From Candidatus Spongiisociaceae bacterium (lineage in GTDB: Bacteria > Actinomycetota > Acidimicrobiia > Spongiisociales > Spongiisociaceae): a DNA stretch of 64,000 nucleotides. Made by a program: the position numbers and the translations under genes. Below the pieces are notes generated by a model that had not been told where the DNA came from, ran no database searches, and was given only the letters and a program-made list of their open reading frames with translations. Of this stretch, positions 42,929 through 53,948 are shown one piece after another. Position 1 is the stretch's first letter, and the number at the start of each line of letters is the position of its first letter. The DNA lies in the NCBI GenBank assembly GCA_965219685.1, contig CBDCOH010000002.1, positions 352,001 to 416,000 of the forward strand. Direction: 5' to 3'.

Positions 42929-44563
42929 CTAACGGTGCCGGTACCAGTCGACGTGTTCGGGAGGTAGTGGCTGGTTCCCCAGGACCAGGTCGGCGGCCCG
43001 CTCGGCGATCATCATCACCGGGGCATATATGTTGCCATTGGTGATCGTGGGCATGACCGAGGCGTCGACCACCCGCAGGCCTTCCATGCCGTGAACGCGC
43101 AGCGATCCGGGCTCGACCACCGACATCGGGTCGGTGCCCATCCTCGCCGTCCCGCAAGGGTGGAGAGCGGTCTCGGCATCCCTGGCCACCCACGCGAGTA
43201 TCTCCTCGTCGGTGCTCACCTCCGGACCGGGAGACAACTCCCCTCCGTTGTAATCGTCGAACGCGGGCTGGTTCAGCAAGTGGCGGACGAAGCGGACCGC
43301 TTCGACCCAGTCCTGGCGATCCGCAGAGGTGGACAGGTAGTTGAACCGCAGCCCGGGTTTGGCGTAGGGGTCGGTCGACTTCAGGAATATGGAACCCCGC
43401 ACGTCCGAGTACATGGGGCCGACATGCACCTGGTAGCCGTGCCCGCCTGCAGGCACCGATCCGTCGTAGCGGATGGCGATCGGCAGGAAGTGGAGCATCA
43501 GGTTCGGGTAGGCCACCCGGCCGTTGCTGCGGACGAAGGCACCGCCCTCGAAATGGTTGCTGGTACCCGGTCCCCGGCGGAGCAACCACTGGAGCCCGAT
43601 CAACGGCTTGCGCCACGCCGCCAACTGCGGCTGTAGGGAAACCGGTAGCTTCGAGGCGTACTGGATGTAGACCTCCAAGTGATCCTGCAGGTTCCTGCCC
43701 ACGCCCGGCAGGTCGTTCACCACGCCGATTCCCAGTTTCTCCAGGTGCTTTCGGGGGCCCAAACCTGAGAGCATCAACAACTGCGGGGTGTTGATGGCGC
43801 CTCCGCAGACGATGACCTCCTGGCCGGCTACCCGGTGCAGCTTCCTTCCCTTCCGGTACTCCGCCCCCACCGCCCGGGTTCCGTCGACGAGGATCCGGGT
43901 CGTGTGCGCTCGGGTTACGACCGTGAGGTTCGGCCTTCCCATCACCGGGTGCAGGTAGGCACGGGCGGCGCTGAGCCGGCGACCGCGGTACCGGTTGGCG
44001 TCGAAGGCGGCGAAGCCCTCCTGCCGGTAGCCGTTCACGTCGCTCGTCAAGGGTATTCCGGCCTGCTGACCGGCCTCGAAGAACGCTTGGAACAGTGGAT
44101 TGGTTGCGGGACCCCTCTCCAGGATCAGCGGCCCCTGCCCTCCCCGGTACTCGTCCTCTCCGGCGAGGGTGGTCTCGAGCCGCTTGAAATATGGAAGACA
44201 ATGGGCATAGCTCCAGTCGCCCATGCCGGCGGCCGATGCCCACTTCTCGTAGTCCATCGGGTTGCCCCTCTGGAAGATCATCCCGTTGATGGAGCTCGAG
44301 CCACCCAGAACCTTCCCGCGTGCGTGGTAGATACGGCGTCCTCCCATGTGGGGCTCCGGCTCCGACTCGTACTTCCAGTCGTAGAACCGTGATCCGATCG
44401 GATAGGTGAGGGCGGCCGGCATGTGGATGAAGACGTCCCACCGGTAGTCCGGCCGGCCGGCTTCGAGTACGAGGACCGTGTTCGATGGGTCGGCGCTCAG
44501 CCGGGCGGCCAGGGCACATCCGGCTGAGCCCCCGCCGATGACCACGAAGTCGTAGGCGGTCAT
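42929..44563 (-). CDS. betA: Choline dehydrogenase (GMC oxidoreductase)
   Basis: [50 protein letters not shown]. Confidence 0.9.
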   Translation of the reverse strand: MTAYDFVVIGGGSAGCALAARLSADPSNTVLVLEAGRPDYRWDVFIHMPAALTYPIGSRFYDWKYESEPEPHMGGRRIYHARGKVLGGSSSINGMIFQRGNPMDYEKWASAAGMGDWSYAHCLPYFKRLETTLAGEDEYRGGQGPLILERGPATNPLFQAFFEAGQQAGIPLTSDVNGYRQEGFAAFDANRYRGRRLSAARAYLHPVMGRPNLTVVTRAHTTRILVDGTRAVGAEYRKGRKLHRVAGQEVIVCGGAINTPQLLMLSGLGPRKHLEKLGIGVVNDLPGVGRNLQDHLEVYIQYASKLPVSLQPQLAAWRKPLIGLQWLLRRGPGTSNHFEGGAFVRSNGRVAYPNLMLHFLPIAIRYDGSVPAGGHGYQVHVGPMYSDVRGSIFLKSTDPYAKPGLRFNYLSTSADRQDWVEAVRFVRHLLNQPAFDDYNGGELSPGPEVSTDEEILAWVARDAETALHPCGTARMGTDPMSVVEPGSLRVHGMEGLRVVDASVMPTITNGNIYAPVMMIAERAADLVLGNQPLPPEHVDWYRHR

Positions 44564-45879
44564 CCGTCGCTCCGTGATCGGTCGGAGTGAGCTCTCCGCC
44601 TGTCCCTCGGTCGGCGCCTCCTCCGGGCTGCTTGGAGAATGACGGTGCCGGCCCTGGCCGGGACCATGGTGAAGGCCCGGCGCTCCCTGGCCGCCACGCC
44701 CTCATGGGTGAGGATCCGCCAAAGAGCGAAGCCCGTGATCCCGCCGTAGAGGACGGCTACGAACGAGTAGAGGCCTGCCGGATCCGTGCTGTCCATGACG
44801 AGGGCGGCGACGATCGGTCCGATGATGGCGCCTACCCCGGTGACGGATGAGACGACGCTGCTCACCCCCACGGCGGAACCCGGCGGGACACGGTCGTTGA
44901 TGTGGCTGAGCGCCAGCGGGTACATCGGGAGCGCCATACCCCCCACGAGGAAGGAGATGATCAGTGCCCACCAGCCTAGGGGGTCGACGTTGACCATTGC
45001 CAGGCATGAGCCGGCGGTCAGGAGTCCGATCGCCATGATCACGCGGCGGCGCCCGATCCGGTCGGAGATCATTCCTATCGGTCCCTGCAACACCACGCTC
45101 CCGACGATTGCGAAGGTCATGAACACTGCGATCCGGTCCACGCTCATACCAACCCGCGCGCCGTACACCGCGCCCAGGCTCAACAAGGCGGCCACTCCTA
45201 CACCCTGGCCGAAGGCGGCTACCAATCCCGATGGTGCGGCCTCCCAAACCTGCCTGACGGGAAGCCGGTCAGGAACGGGCAGGCGGGGCCCCGGAGCGGT
45301 CGAGAGGGTGATCGGGATGACCGCCACCGACACCAGGATCGATGCGAGGATGAACAGGATGACACCTGACGGATCGGCCAGCGTCAGCAGCATCTGGCCG
45401 AACGCCATCCCCCCCATTAGAACCACCATGTAGGCGGCGAGCAAGCGGCCGCGGGTGCGGTTGGTGGTCGCGTCGTTGAGCCAACTCTCCGCCACGATGA
45501 ATAGACCGGACATGGAGAAGCCGGTCACGAGGCGGGCGCCACTCCAGACGACGGGAGACGCGGTGACGATGTAGATGAGGGTGGCGGTCGAGGCCAGCGA
45601 GGCGAGCGCCGCGTACACGCGGATGTGGCCCACGAGCACCACCAAACGGGGCGCCACCGCAGCGCCTGCCAGGAACCCCACATAGTAGAAGGCCAGCACG
45701 AGCCCGGTTGTCGGGGTCGTGAAACCCTCCAGTTCGGCGCGGACTCCGAGGAGCGGATTGAGCACGCCGTTGCCCAGCATCACCAGGAGCACGGCGGACA
45801 GCAGTCCCCACGCGCCCAGCACCGTACTAGTGGTCGAGCCGGGCGCGGAGGTGTCGACGAACTTGGGAAGGGATTTCAT
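44560..45879 (-). CDS. MFS transporter (YcaD-like)
   Basis: About 12 TM segments; ESWLN...RGR and SDRIGRR motifs. Confidence 0.88.
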   Translation of the reverse strand: MKSLPKFVDTSAPGSTTSTVLGAWGLLSAVLLVMLGNGVLNPLLGVRAELEGFTTPTTGLVLAFYYVGFLAGAAVAPRLVVLVGHIRVYAALASLASTATLIYIVTASPVVWSGARLVTGFSMSGLFIVAESWLNDATTNRTRGRLLAAYMVVLMGGMAFGQMLLTLADPSGVILFILASILVSVAVIPITLSTAPGPRLPVPDRLPVRQVWEAAPSGLVAAFGQGVGVAALLSLGAVYGARVGMSVDRIAVFMTFAIVGSVVLQGPIGMISDRIGRRRVIMAIGLLTAGSCLAMVNVDPLGWWALIISFLVGGMALPMYPLALSHINDRVPPGSAVGVSSVVSSVTGVGAIIGPIVAALVMDSTDPAGLYSFVAVLYGGITGFALWRILTHEGVAARERRAFTMVPARAGTVILQAARRRRRPRDRRRAHSDRSRSDG

Positions 45880-46102
45880 GGCACCACATCCTGTGGGGTA
45901 ACGATCAGAGGGACCTTCTATGGACTCCACCCGAGTGGTGGAAGAGGCGGTGTATCGGGCGTGGCGTGCCCGGCATCGTTGCCCTGACCATGATAACAAG
46001 CCGGGCCCGCCAACCATTCCCCTCCTGAACGAATCTGACTTTCCAACTGGCCATAGCGGTTGCGGGTTGCCCGTTACCCGGTAGCTCGCACCTGGCTCGG
46101 GT

Positions 46103-46885
46103 TCAGCGTCCGGTCCAGATAGGGTCGCGCTTCTCGGCAAAGGCGCGCGGGCCTTCCTCGGCGTCCTCGGAGGCCAGCACGCGCCGGTACGACTCGATCC
46201 CGCCCGAACGTATAAGAGCCATTCCCTCCTCGGCGGTCATGCCCTCGGTCAGCCGGCGTATGTCGAGGATGGCGGCTACCGCCAGCGGCGCCAGAGTGGC
46301 GACGCGGTCCGCCATGGCCCGGGCCGCTTCCAGGAGTTCGGAAGGCGCCACCACTTCGTTCACCAGCCCGAACCGCAGCGCCTCGCCGGCGCTGAGCCGG
46401 CGTCCGGCGATCAGCACCTCGGTGGCCACCGGCCTCGGTAGCAGCTTCGGCAGCCGGACGGTTCCCGCGTCGGGGATGAGGCCTACCGCAGGCTCGGGGA
46501 GGAAAAACGTCGCATGGTCCGACGCCACCACGAGGTCGGCGGACATGACGAGTTCGAAACCGCCTCCCACGGCCATACCGTTGACCGCGGCGATCACAGG
46601 TTTGTTCAGACCGGGGAGATCCGGGAAGCCGCCGAACCCTCCCGCCCCGTAGTCGCTCTCGTAGGCCTCGCCCTCGGCCGCGGCCTTCAGATCCCATCCG
46701 GCACAGAAGAACTGCTCTCCCGCTCCGGTGAAGATCGCCGCCCGGAGCAGGGGGTCGTCCCGGAAGTCGGTGAAGACATCCCCCAGTCTTCGGCTCGTCG
46801 CGGCATCGATGGCATTGGCTTTGGGGCGGTCCAGCACTACCTCTAGCGTGGAATCCCGCCGGGTCACGCGGATTGGTTCGCTCAT
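46103..46885 (-). CDS. Crotonobetainyl/carnitinyl-CoA hydratase (CaiD-like crotonase)
   Basis: LDRPKANAIDAATS, FCAGWDLKAAAEGE, DYG.GGFGG, DAEEGPRAFAEKR. Confidence 0.87.
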   Translation of the reverse strand: MSEPIRVTRRDSTLEVVLDRPKANAIDAATSRRLGDVFTDFRDDPLLRAAIFTGAGEQFFCAGWDLKAAAEGEAYESDYGAGGFGGFPDLPGLNKPVIAAVNGMAVGGGFELVMSADLVVASDHATFFLPEPAVGLIPDAGTVRLPKLLPRPVATEVLIAGRRLSAGEALRFGLVNEVVAPSELLEAARAMADRVATLAPLAVAAILDIRRLTEGMTAEEGMALIRSGGIESYRRVLASEDAEEGPRAFAEKRDPIWTGR

Positions 46886-47142
46886 CGGTCCGAAGTCTAT
46901 AAGGCGCCAGCGACTGCACCCGCGCCGGCCTAGGTGAGTAGCTACAACGGATCTGACGGGAAGCGACCGTCCTCCAGGGTCGTTACACAACACCGTGCAG
47001 CACATATGTAACTTGTATACGCCTCTTTCTGGACTCGAACCCCTGGTTGCCATTTCATGAAGAGCCTCCCTCGGCGTAACCGCGAGATCCAAAACAACGC
47101 TACAGAGAATGGGTATATAATCCGATTAAACGTTAATCACTG

Positions 47143-47175
47143 CTGACCAACTATAGACTAGTAACTAATCGTCTA
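47143..47175. repeat. Degenerate heptamer array (CTAnnnA) in an AT-rich spacer
   Basis: tgaccaa ctataga ctagtaa ctaatcgt cta; similar to 35837-35889. Confidence 0.55.
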
Positions 47176-49257
47176 GGACGAGATGGTGACCAGGGCGTCG
47201 ACTGCCCAGGCCGAGTCCGGGGTGACGACCAGCGGGTTGATCTCGATCTCCACCAACTCGGGGTGTTCCCTCATCAGGTTGAGTAGCCCGTGGGTTACCG
47301 AGTTCATCGTGTCCAAGGTAGCGCGGGGTCCGTCCCCCGAACCCAGCAACCGCCGGCCCATCCGGATGCGTCCAAGGGACCTGTGGAGGACCGGCGTGAG
47401 GGCAGGCAGCAGCAGGGTCGTGGTGTCGGCCAGGAGTTCCACCAGCGTGCCCCCGGCGCCCAGTGTGAGCACGAGCCCGATCGGCGCATCGCGCCGGACC
47501 GACACGAGCAGTTCGACGACTCCTCCGGTCACCTGCTCCTCGACGAGCACCGGGCAGGCGCGATCACCCAGTCGGCGGACCGCGGCCGCCAGGTCGCCCG
47601 GGGTACCTATGTCGGTGATGACACCGCCCAGTTCGGTCTTGTGGACCGGGCCAACCGCTTTGGCAACCAGCGGGAAGCGAAGCCTCGGGACAGCCGGGTT
47701 CCCGCCCGCCAGGTCGGCGACGGTCAATACCACACCCTCGGGAACGTTCATCCCCGCCTCCCGCAGCAGGGTCTTGCCCGACGGCTCGTCGATGGTCCGG
47801 TAGGACTTCGCGGGCGCCGGGCCACCGGCGGGTAGGTGGAGAGGCGGCGCCTCGCTCGCGAACCACTGCCCGACGGCCGCGGCGGCTCCGAGCCCGGCGA
47901 GCGCTTCGTCTATCGAGTATGCGACCCCGAGCCCCTCCCCGGTGGCGTACTCGCGGATCCGGACGGGGAGGTTCTCGGCCAGGCCGGCCGCGACCACCCC
48001 TCGGGTTCCGGTGGTCGTGGAAGCGGAGGCGAAGGCCCGGAGGGTGGGCCACCACCCGGTGTCCTCACTTCCGACCGACGGCCAGTCGAGCACCAGCATG
48101 GCAGCGTCGACCGGGCCGGCCAACACCTCTGTGAAGCATCGCTCAAGCGCCGCGACGTCTCCCCAGATGAAGGTGTGGTAGTCGAGTGGGTTGGTGACCG
48201 TAACCAGGTCGGACAGGGTGGCCTCGATACGCGCGGCGTGTTCCGGCGCGAACTGCTCGAAGACCACCGGGTAATGGACCGACCGGTCCGCTACCAGGGC
48301 CGCCTCGCCACCCGAACACGAGAGCGAGGCCAGGCGGTTGCCGGCTAGTGGACCGATGGTGCCGAGCAGGCCCAGGGTGGTCGTGAACTCGGGTAGCGAA
48401 TCGACGACCGTTACCCCGTAGCGCTCGAAGAGAGCGTCGTAGGAGGCCGCCGGTGTCGCCAGCGCCGCGGTATGGGAGGCGGTGATGAGTCCCGCCCGGT
48501 CCGTGCGGCCCGTCTTCAGCACGACGACAGGGGTTCCGGTCTCGTGGCAGGCCAGCGCCGCTCTTCCGAACTCGATGGGATCGCAGATCGACTCGAGGTA
48601 GAGCCCCACCGCGGTCACCTCGGGACGGCCGGCGAAATAGAACAGGCACTCCTCGGCGGTGACCGATGCCTGGTTTCCCACCGAGATCACGTGGGCGAAG
48701 TCCACGCCCCGGTTGTTCATCGTGAGGTTCAGAGCGATGTTTCCCGACTGGCTGACCAGGGCGGGTCCGTTCTCCACCCGAGTACAGCCGTGGACATCAG
48801 GCCACAGAGCAGCGCCGCTCACAGCGTTGATGGTTCCGTAGCAGTTGGGACCCACGATGGGCATGTCGTGGCCGGCGACCAGCCGCTGCTGCAGCTCCGC
48901 GCCCTCCTGCCCGGCCTCCGCGAACCCGGACGCGTGGAGGACGGCGCCCCCACATCCGATACCGGCCAGTCGGTGCACTATCTCGACGGTTGCCCAGCGG
49001 TTCACGGCGACGAAGGCCGCATCGGGTACGCCCGGTAGCTCGTCCAGGGATCGGTACACGGCGTTTCCCGCCATGGATCGGCGCGTCGGGTGCACCGGCC
49101 AGATCTTCCCGTCGAAACCGAGCCGGTCGGACTGCCGGATGGCCTGGAGGGCCGGATCCCCTCCCACCACCGCGATGGTGCGAGGTTCGAGTAGACGTCG
49201 CAGGCTACGGGCCGTTCCGGAGTCCCCTGGGGGCGAGCGGTCGGGGGCCGCGGTCAT
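47173..49257 (-). CDS. ADP-forming acyl-CoA synthetase (acetate-CoA ligase family; candidate gamma-butyrobetainyl-CoA synthetase)
   Basis: LLEPRTIAVVG, SGFAE, GPNCYG, SHTAAL, NPLDYH, EINPL. Confidence 0.88.
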   Translation of the reverse strand: MTAAPDRSPPGDSGTARSLRRLLEPRTIAVVGGDPALQAIRQSDRLGFDGKIWPVHPTRRSMAGNAVYRSLDELPGVPDAAFVAVNRWATVEIVHRLAGIGCGGAVLHASGFAEAGQEGAELQQRLVAGHDMPIVGPNCYGTINAVSGAALWPDVHGCTRVENGPALVSQSGNIALNLTMNNRGVDFAHVISVGNQASVTAEECLFYFAGRPEVTAVGLYLESICDPIEFGRAALACHETGTPVVVLKTGRTDRAGLITASHTAALATPAASYDALFERYGVTVVDSLPEFTTTLGLLGTIGPLAGNRLASLSCSGGEAALVADRSVHYPVVFEQFAPEHAARIEATLSDLVTVTNPLDYHTFIWGDVAALERCFTEVLAGPVDAAMLVLDWPSVGSEDTGWWPTLRAFASASTTTGTRGVVAAGLAENLPVRIREYATGEGLGVAYSIDEALAGLGAAAAVGQWFASEAPPLHLPAGGPAPAKSYRTIDEPSGKTLLREAGMNVPEGVVLTVADLAGGNPAVPRLRFPLVAKAVGPVHKTELGGVITDIGTPGDLAAAVRRLGDRACPVLVEEQVTGGVVELLVSVRRDAPIGLVLTLGAGGTLVELLADTTTLLLPALTPVLHRSLGRIRMGRRLLGSGDGPRATLDTMNSVTHGLLNLMREHPELVEIEINPLVVTPDSAWAVDALVTISS

Positions 49258-50414
49258 CCGCCCAACGGTCGGAGCATGCTCCGCGAGATGATGTGGCGCT
49301 GGATCTCGGAGGTTCCGTCCCAGATGCGGTCCACCCTGGTGTCGCGCCACAGACGCTCGAGCGGAAGCTCCTCCATGAGACCCATGCCCCCGAAGATCTG
49401 GATGGCTTCGTCCGTGACGAACTGGCACATCTCGCTGGCGTAGAGCTTGGCCATCGCCGCCTCTGTGTCGGTCATGGTGCCCTGTCCCTCCTTCCAAGCC
49501 GCTCGGAGGGTTAACAGTTCGGCCGCCTCGTAGCGGGTCTGCATGTCAGCCAGCTTGAAGGACACGCCCTGGAACTTGCCGATCTGGCTCCCGAACTGGG
49601 TACGGTCCACAGCCCACTCGGTGGCCAGGCGGATAGCGCGCCGGGCTCTGCCGAGGCACACGGACGCCACTTGGAGCCGGGTGGAGCCCAGCCACTCGTT
49701 GGCGACCGCGAAACCCCGGTGTTCCTCACCGAGGATCGCGGATCGGGGAACGCGGCAATCGTCGAAGTTCAGGATGAAGTTGTGGTAGCCGCGGTTGGAC
49801 ACCGCTCTGTACCCGGGGCTAACCCCGAAACCCGGGGTCCCCATGTCCACCAGGAAGGCGGTGATCCGCTTGCGCGGACCGCGGGGCCCCGACTCCTCGC
49901 CGGTTGCGGCGAACAGGATCACGTAGTCGGCCAGATCGGCGTGGCTGATGAAGTGCTTCGTGCCGTTGATGAGGTATCCGGCTCCGTCGCGGACGGCGCT
50001 GCACTTCATTCCCCGGAGGTCGGAACCCGCATCTGGTTCGCTCATCGCCAGGCACTCGACACGGTCACCCCGTACGGTCGGGAGCAGGTAGCGCTCGATC
50101 TGCTCACCCCTGCAGGCTCGGAGTATGTTGGACGGCCGGGCAACTATGTACTGGAGCGCGTAGGATGCCGCGCCGAGTTCCCGCTCGACTAGCGCCAAGG
50201 TCAGGGGATCCAGGCCTGCTCCCCCGGATTCGATCGGCATGTTGGCGGCATATATGCCCGCGGCGACAGCCCGCGACCTGATCTGGTCCACCAACCCGGG
50301 CGGCACCCGGCCGGAGCGCTCCACATCCTCCTCGTGGGGGAACAGTTCCCGCTCCGTGAACTCGCGGGCCACGTCCACGATCAGCCTCTGCTCGTCGGTG
50401 AGCCCGAAGTTCAT
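49254..50414 (-). CDS. Acyl-CoA dehydrogenase (candidate gamma-butyrobetainyl-CoA dehydrogenase)
   Basis: AMSEPDAGSD, NGTKHFIS, R.QFG, IQIFGGMG, IWDGTSEIQR. Confidence 0.93.
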   Translation of the reverse strand: MNFGLTDEQRLIVDVAREFTERELFPHEEDVERSGRVPPGLVDQIRSRAVAAGIYAANMPIESGGAGLDPLTLALVERELGAASYALQYIVARPSNILRACRGEQIERYLLPTVRGDRVECLAMSEPDAGSDLRGMKCSAVRDGAGYLINGTKHFISHADLADYVILFAATGEESGPRGPRKRITAFLVDMGTPGFGVSPGYRAVSNRGYHNFILNFDDCRVPRSAILGEEHRGFAVANEWLGSTRLQVASVCLGRARRAIRLATEWAVDRTQFGSQIGKFQGVSFKLADMQTRYEAAELLTLRAAWKEGQGTMTDTEAAMAKLYASEMCQFVTDEAIQIFGGMGLMEELPLERLWRDTRVDRIWDGTSEIQRHIISRSMLRPLGG

Positions 50415-51898
50415 GACCCGCCCCTCGTCGCCATGACCCGGCCGAGATACTCGGGGGCCGGCATTCCCCGGTGGGCCTTCCGGATCGCGGCCAAGGCATG
50501 GGCAGGCGTTCCCTCGATGGCCGCCGGTCGTCCGGTCACCGTGTTCATATGGAGCAACATCTGCTCGGTGACGGCGACCAGGGCGCCGCTCCCGGCATCG
50601 AACATCTCGTGATAGAGGTGGAGGCGCTTGCGGTCGAGGCCCACGATCCTGGTTGCGAAGCGCAGCGATCCGCTGCCACTCACCTCGCGCAGGTAGTTGA
50701 TGTGTGTCTCCACGGTGTAGAACGAATGACCGGCCGCCCGGTAATCCTCATCGTCTCCGATGTAACGGAAGAGGGCGTCAGAGGCCCACCCGAATGCGGT
50801 CAGGTACGCCGCCTCGGTCATGTGGTTGTTGTAGTCGACCCAGTCGGGTTCGACGTCGCAGCGGAACAATTCCAGGGGAGCGGGTACCTCGTCGCCCTCG
50901 GACCATGTGCTGGGCGCTTGGCCGTAGCGACGTGCCTCCCGCCGGGCCAGGATGACCCCCGCACCCACACCGACCGAGCGGAGGGCCCTCATAGTGGCGA
51001 CCAGGTAGTCGTCCCGGAGCCGCTCCAAGTCCACGACCGATCTTCCGGCCGCCTGTTCGGCCGTTCCGTCCACCATGGCCTCGATCAGGGAGTCGCTGAG
51101 CTCGGGCGCTTCCGACCTGGCCCAGGGGAGTTTGAGGGCAGGGCCGAACTGCTCGAGCATGTGGCGCATCCCTCCCCGGCCGCCTGCCAGATGGAAGGTG
51201 AGGTTGGTCCCCATCCCGGCCCACCGCAGGCCCGGTCCGTAGGTGATGGCATCGTCGAGTTCTCGGGTGGAGGCGGTTCCGTCGTTCACCAAGTGGAGGA
51301 TCTCCCTCCATAGCGCCTCCTGCAGGCGGTCGGAGAGGTAGCCCGGGATCTCGTTGCGGACCACCAACGGGTACATGTCGAGATAGTCGTACACGGCCGC
51401 CGCACATTCGACAGTATCCTCGGTGGTACGTTCGCCGGCCACCACCTCGACGAGGGGAAGCAGATACACGGGGTTGAATGGATGCCCGACAAGCACCCGG
51501 TCGGGGTTCGCACAACCGGATGCGATTCGGGTGGGCAGCAGTCCCGATGAACTCGAAGCGAGGACTACGTGGGCGGGGGTGACCGCATCCAGCCGGGTGA
51601 GCAGTTCACGTTTCAGCCGTCCATTCTCCGGAGCCGACTCCTGGACGAAGTCGGCGACGTCGCACACTCTCTCCGGGCTGTCCATGAAGTCGACCCGATC
51701 CGGCCGCGCGCCCGGATAGAGACCGAGGCGCTGGACAGACGGCCAGGCCCGGTCGATCGCATCCCTGAGCCGCCCGGCGGCGCCGGGCGCCGGATCCCAG
51801 GCCACCACGTCCAAGCCGCGGCTAAGCGCCCGGACGGCCCACCCGGATCCGATTACGCCGGTTCCGACCAGGCCGAATACTCTCGGTGGGAAGGTCAT
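50411..51898 (-). CDS. lcdH: L-carnitine 3-dehydrogenase fused to a hot-dog thioesterase
   Basis: GTGVIGSGW, QESAPE, GHPFNPVYLLPLVE, DRLQEALWRE, QFGPALKLPW; C-terminal WVDYNNHMTE. Confidence 0.88.
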   Translation of the reverse strand: MTFPPRVFGLVGTGVIGSGWAVRALSRGLDVVAWDPAPGAAGRLRDAIDRAWPSVQRLGLYPGARPDRVDFMDSPERVCDVADFVQESAPENGRLKRELLTRLDAVTPAHVVLASSSSGLLPTRIASGCANPDRVLVGHPFNPVYLLPLVEVVAGERTTEDTVECAAAVYDYLDMYPLVVRNEIPGYLSDRLQEALWREILHLVNDGTASTRELDDAITYGPGLRWAGMGTNLTFHLAGGRGGMRHMLEQFGPALKLPWARSEAPELSDSLIEAMVDGTAEQAAGRSVVDLERLRDDYLVATMRALRSVGVGAGVILARREARRYGQAPSTWSEGDEVPAPLELFRCDVEPDWVDYNNHMTEAAYLTAFGWASDALFRYIGDDEDYRAAGHSFYTVETHINYLREVSGSGSLRFATRIVGLDRKRLHLYHEMFDAGSGALVAVTEQMLLHMNTVTGRPAAIEGTPAHALAAIRKAHRGMPAPEYLGRVMATRGGS

Positions 51899-51958
51899 CT
51901 CCCGGAGCTCTCGGGAGCTACTCCGTCCGTGGCCGCCGAATCCCGGGGCGGCACTCTC

Positions 51959-52888
51959 CTAGAAGGCAACGCGGTGCAAACCCTTCAGCGCCAGGCGTTC
52001 CCGGGTCTCGGCGGGGGTGGCGGGCTCGCGTGACAGCTCGCGCAGGATGCGCACGATCTTGGCCACCTGCTCGGCGTTGGATTCGGCCAGCTTCCCTTTC
52101 CGCAGGTAGATGCCGTCTTCGAGGCCGACCCGGACGTTGCCCCCCAGGGTGGCGCCGGCCGTGACAATGTCGAACTGGTAGCGGCCTCCGCCCAGGATCG
52201 ACCACTCGAGATCGTGTCCGAACAGCCGGTTGGCGACGGTCTTCATCGCAACAACGTTTTCGATGTCGGGGCCTATGCCCCCGAACGTCCCCATCACGAA
52301 CTGCATGAATATCGGTGGCTCGATCAGGCCCCGGTCCGCGAAGTAGGCCAGCGTGTAGAGGTGGCCGATGTCGTATGCCTCGAACTCGAAGCGGCATCCC
52401 GTCTTCTCGGCGAGCACCGTGAGCATGTACTCGATGTCGCCGAACGTGTTGACGAACGGTTCCCACTTGGTGCTCTCGAGAAAGGGCTCCTCCCAGTCGT
52501 ACTTCCACCGACCCTCGTAGCGGGGGATCATCTGGAACAGCCCGTAGTTCATGGTTCCCAGATTGCAGGTGGCCAGTTCCGGCTTGAGCACCTCGATCAC
52601 CCGTAGCCGCTCCTCGATCGTCTGGCCCGTTGCGCCACCTGTCGTGATCGAGATCACGGCGTCGCATTCGGCCTTTATGCCGGCGCAGTACTCCCTGAAG
52701 ATTCCCGGGTCGGAGACGGGCCGCCCATCCACAGGGTCCCTGGCATGTATGTGGATCACGCCGGCCCCTTCCCCGGCGGCATCCACCGACTGGCGTACAT
52801 GCTCCTCGACCGTCACCGGGATATCGCTGTTCATTGTGGGGGTATGGGAGGAACCCGTGACCGCGCAGGTGACTATCACGCCGCCCAT
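51959..52888 (-). CDS. Beta-keto acid cleavage enzyme (BKACE/DUF849; candidate 3-dehydrocarnitine cleavage enzyme)
   Basis: ITCAVTG, HIHARDP, TTGG, EAYDIGHL, NVRVGLED. Confidence 0.9.
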   Translation of the reverse strand: MGGVIVTCAVTGSSHTPTMNSDIPVTVEEHVRQSVDAAGEGAGVIHIHARDPVDGRPVSDPGIFREYCAGIKAECDAVISITTGGATGQTIEERLRVIEVLKPELATCNLGTMNYGLFQMIPRYEGRWKYDWEEPFLESTKWEPFVNTFGDIEYMLTVLAEKTGCRFEFEAYDIGHLYTLAYFADRGLIEPPIFMQFVMGTFGGIGPDIENVVAMKTVANRLFGHDLEWSILGGGRYQFDIVTAGATLGGNVRVGLEDGIYLRKGKLAESNAEQVAKIVRILRELSREPATPAETRERLALKGLHRVAF

Positions 52889-52937
52889 TTCAGTAACTCC
52901 TTGGTCGCTCGGTCTGTCCGGGTTAGGATCAGGACCT

Positions 52938-52971
52938 GTTTCATAATGCGGAACGTTCTGCTATACAGAAC
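52938..52971. promoter_or_regulatory. Two tandem 17-bp palindromic operators (GTTTCA-taatg-CGGAAC and GTTCTG-ctata-CAGAAC), candidate IclR sites
   Basis: Lie between the divergent iclR and BKACE genes; the second is a perfect palindrome. Confidence 0.65.
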
Positions 52972-53033
52972 TATCGAACCATAATCCCTCCCCATGGGGA
53001 GCGTCAACAGGTAATGAGCGTCAAGGAGCAAGC

Positions 53034-53798
53034 ATGAGTCGATCCTCCACCATCCAATCGGTGGAGCGGGCTTTCGCGGTCCTGCGAGCCCTGGATCCGG
53101 CAGGTCAGGCGGTCTCGCTGGCGGCCATCGCGGATGGCACGGGCTTGCCCAAGAGCACGGCAAGCCGGCTTCTCTCCACCATGGTGGGCATAGGGGTCGT
53201 GGAGAAGGTCTCGGAAGCGGGTTACGTCGTGGGCCGCGAGCTAAGGGCCATCGCCCATCCCGGCGTGGGTCCCTCCGAACTCGTAGGTGTGTCGGCAACC
53301 TACATGCGCGACCTTGTCGACGAGATTGGGGAGGACGCGGGGTTGGGGGTACCGGACGGGAATCATGTCCTGTACATCGACCAGGTACAGAAGATCCGCC
53401 CGGTCCAGGTCCAGGACTGGACCGGCGAGAGGTTCGAGCACCACACCAACGCGGCCGGCTACGTGTTCCTCGCCGCCTGGGACGACCAGGCCCTGGACGC
53501 CTACCTGGCCCGCCCGCTAGCCATGTCGAGCCCAGCCACGGAGACCGATCCGGCTCGCCTGCGCGATCTGATCGAAATGACCAGGACCAACGGCTACGCG
53601 TGGAGCTTCGAGGTGTGGGCGGAGGGCGTCAACGGCGTGGCTGCTCCGATCACGGACACGAGAGGCGACGTGGTTGCCGCGATAAACGTGTTCGGGCCCG
53701 CCTATCGCTTTCCCGGCGACCGGGATCTTGTCGCTATCGGTCACCGCATGGTCGAGACGGCCAGCCAGATCTCCCGTCATCTGGGGGCAAGCTCGTAG
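53034..53798 (+). CDS. IclR-family transcriptional regulator
   Basis: IQSVERAFAVL, GLPKSTASRLL HTH, GVNGVAAPI. Confidence 0.94.
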   Translation: MSRSSTIQSVERAFAVLRALDPAGQAVSLAAIADGTGLPKSTASRLLSTMVGIGVVEKVSEAGYVVGRELRAIAHPGVGPSELVGVSATYMRDLVDEIGEDAGLGVPDGNHVLYIDQVQKIRPVQVQDWTGERFEHHTNAAGYVFLAAWDDQALDAYLARPLAMSSPATETDPARLRDLIEMTRTNGYAWSFEVWAEGVNGVAAPITDTRGDVVAAINVFGPAYRFPGDRDLVAIGHRMVETASQISRHLGASS

Positions 53799-53948
53799 CC
53801 GGCTCCTCGGGCAGATGGAAGGTCCGGGTCCGCGCGCCCAGGCCTTCTGACAGCGAGCCTCCGGGTTGGACCGTGGAAGTAACAGTCGGGGTGTGGTCGT
53901 CAAATCGCGCGCTAGAGGATGGACAGATCGCGCATTAGGTGATTGACC

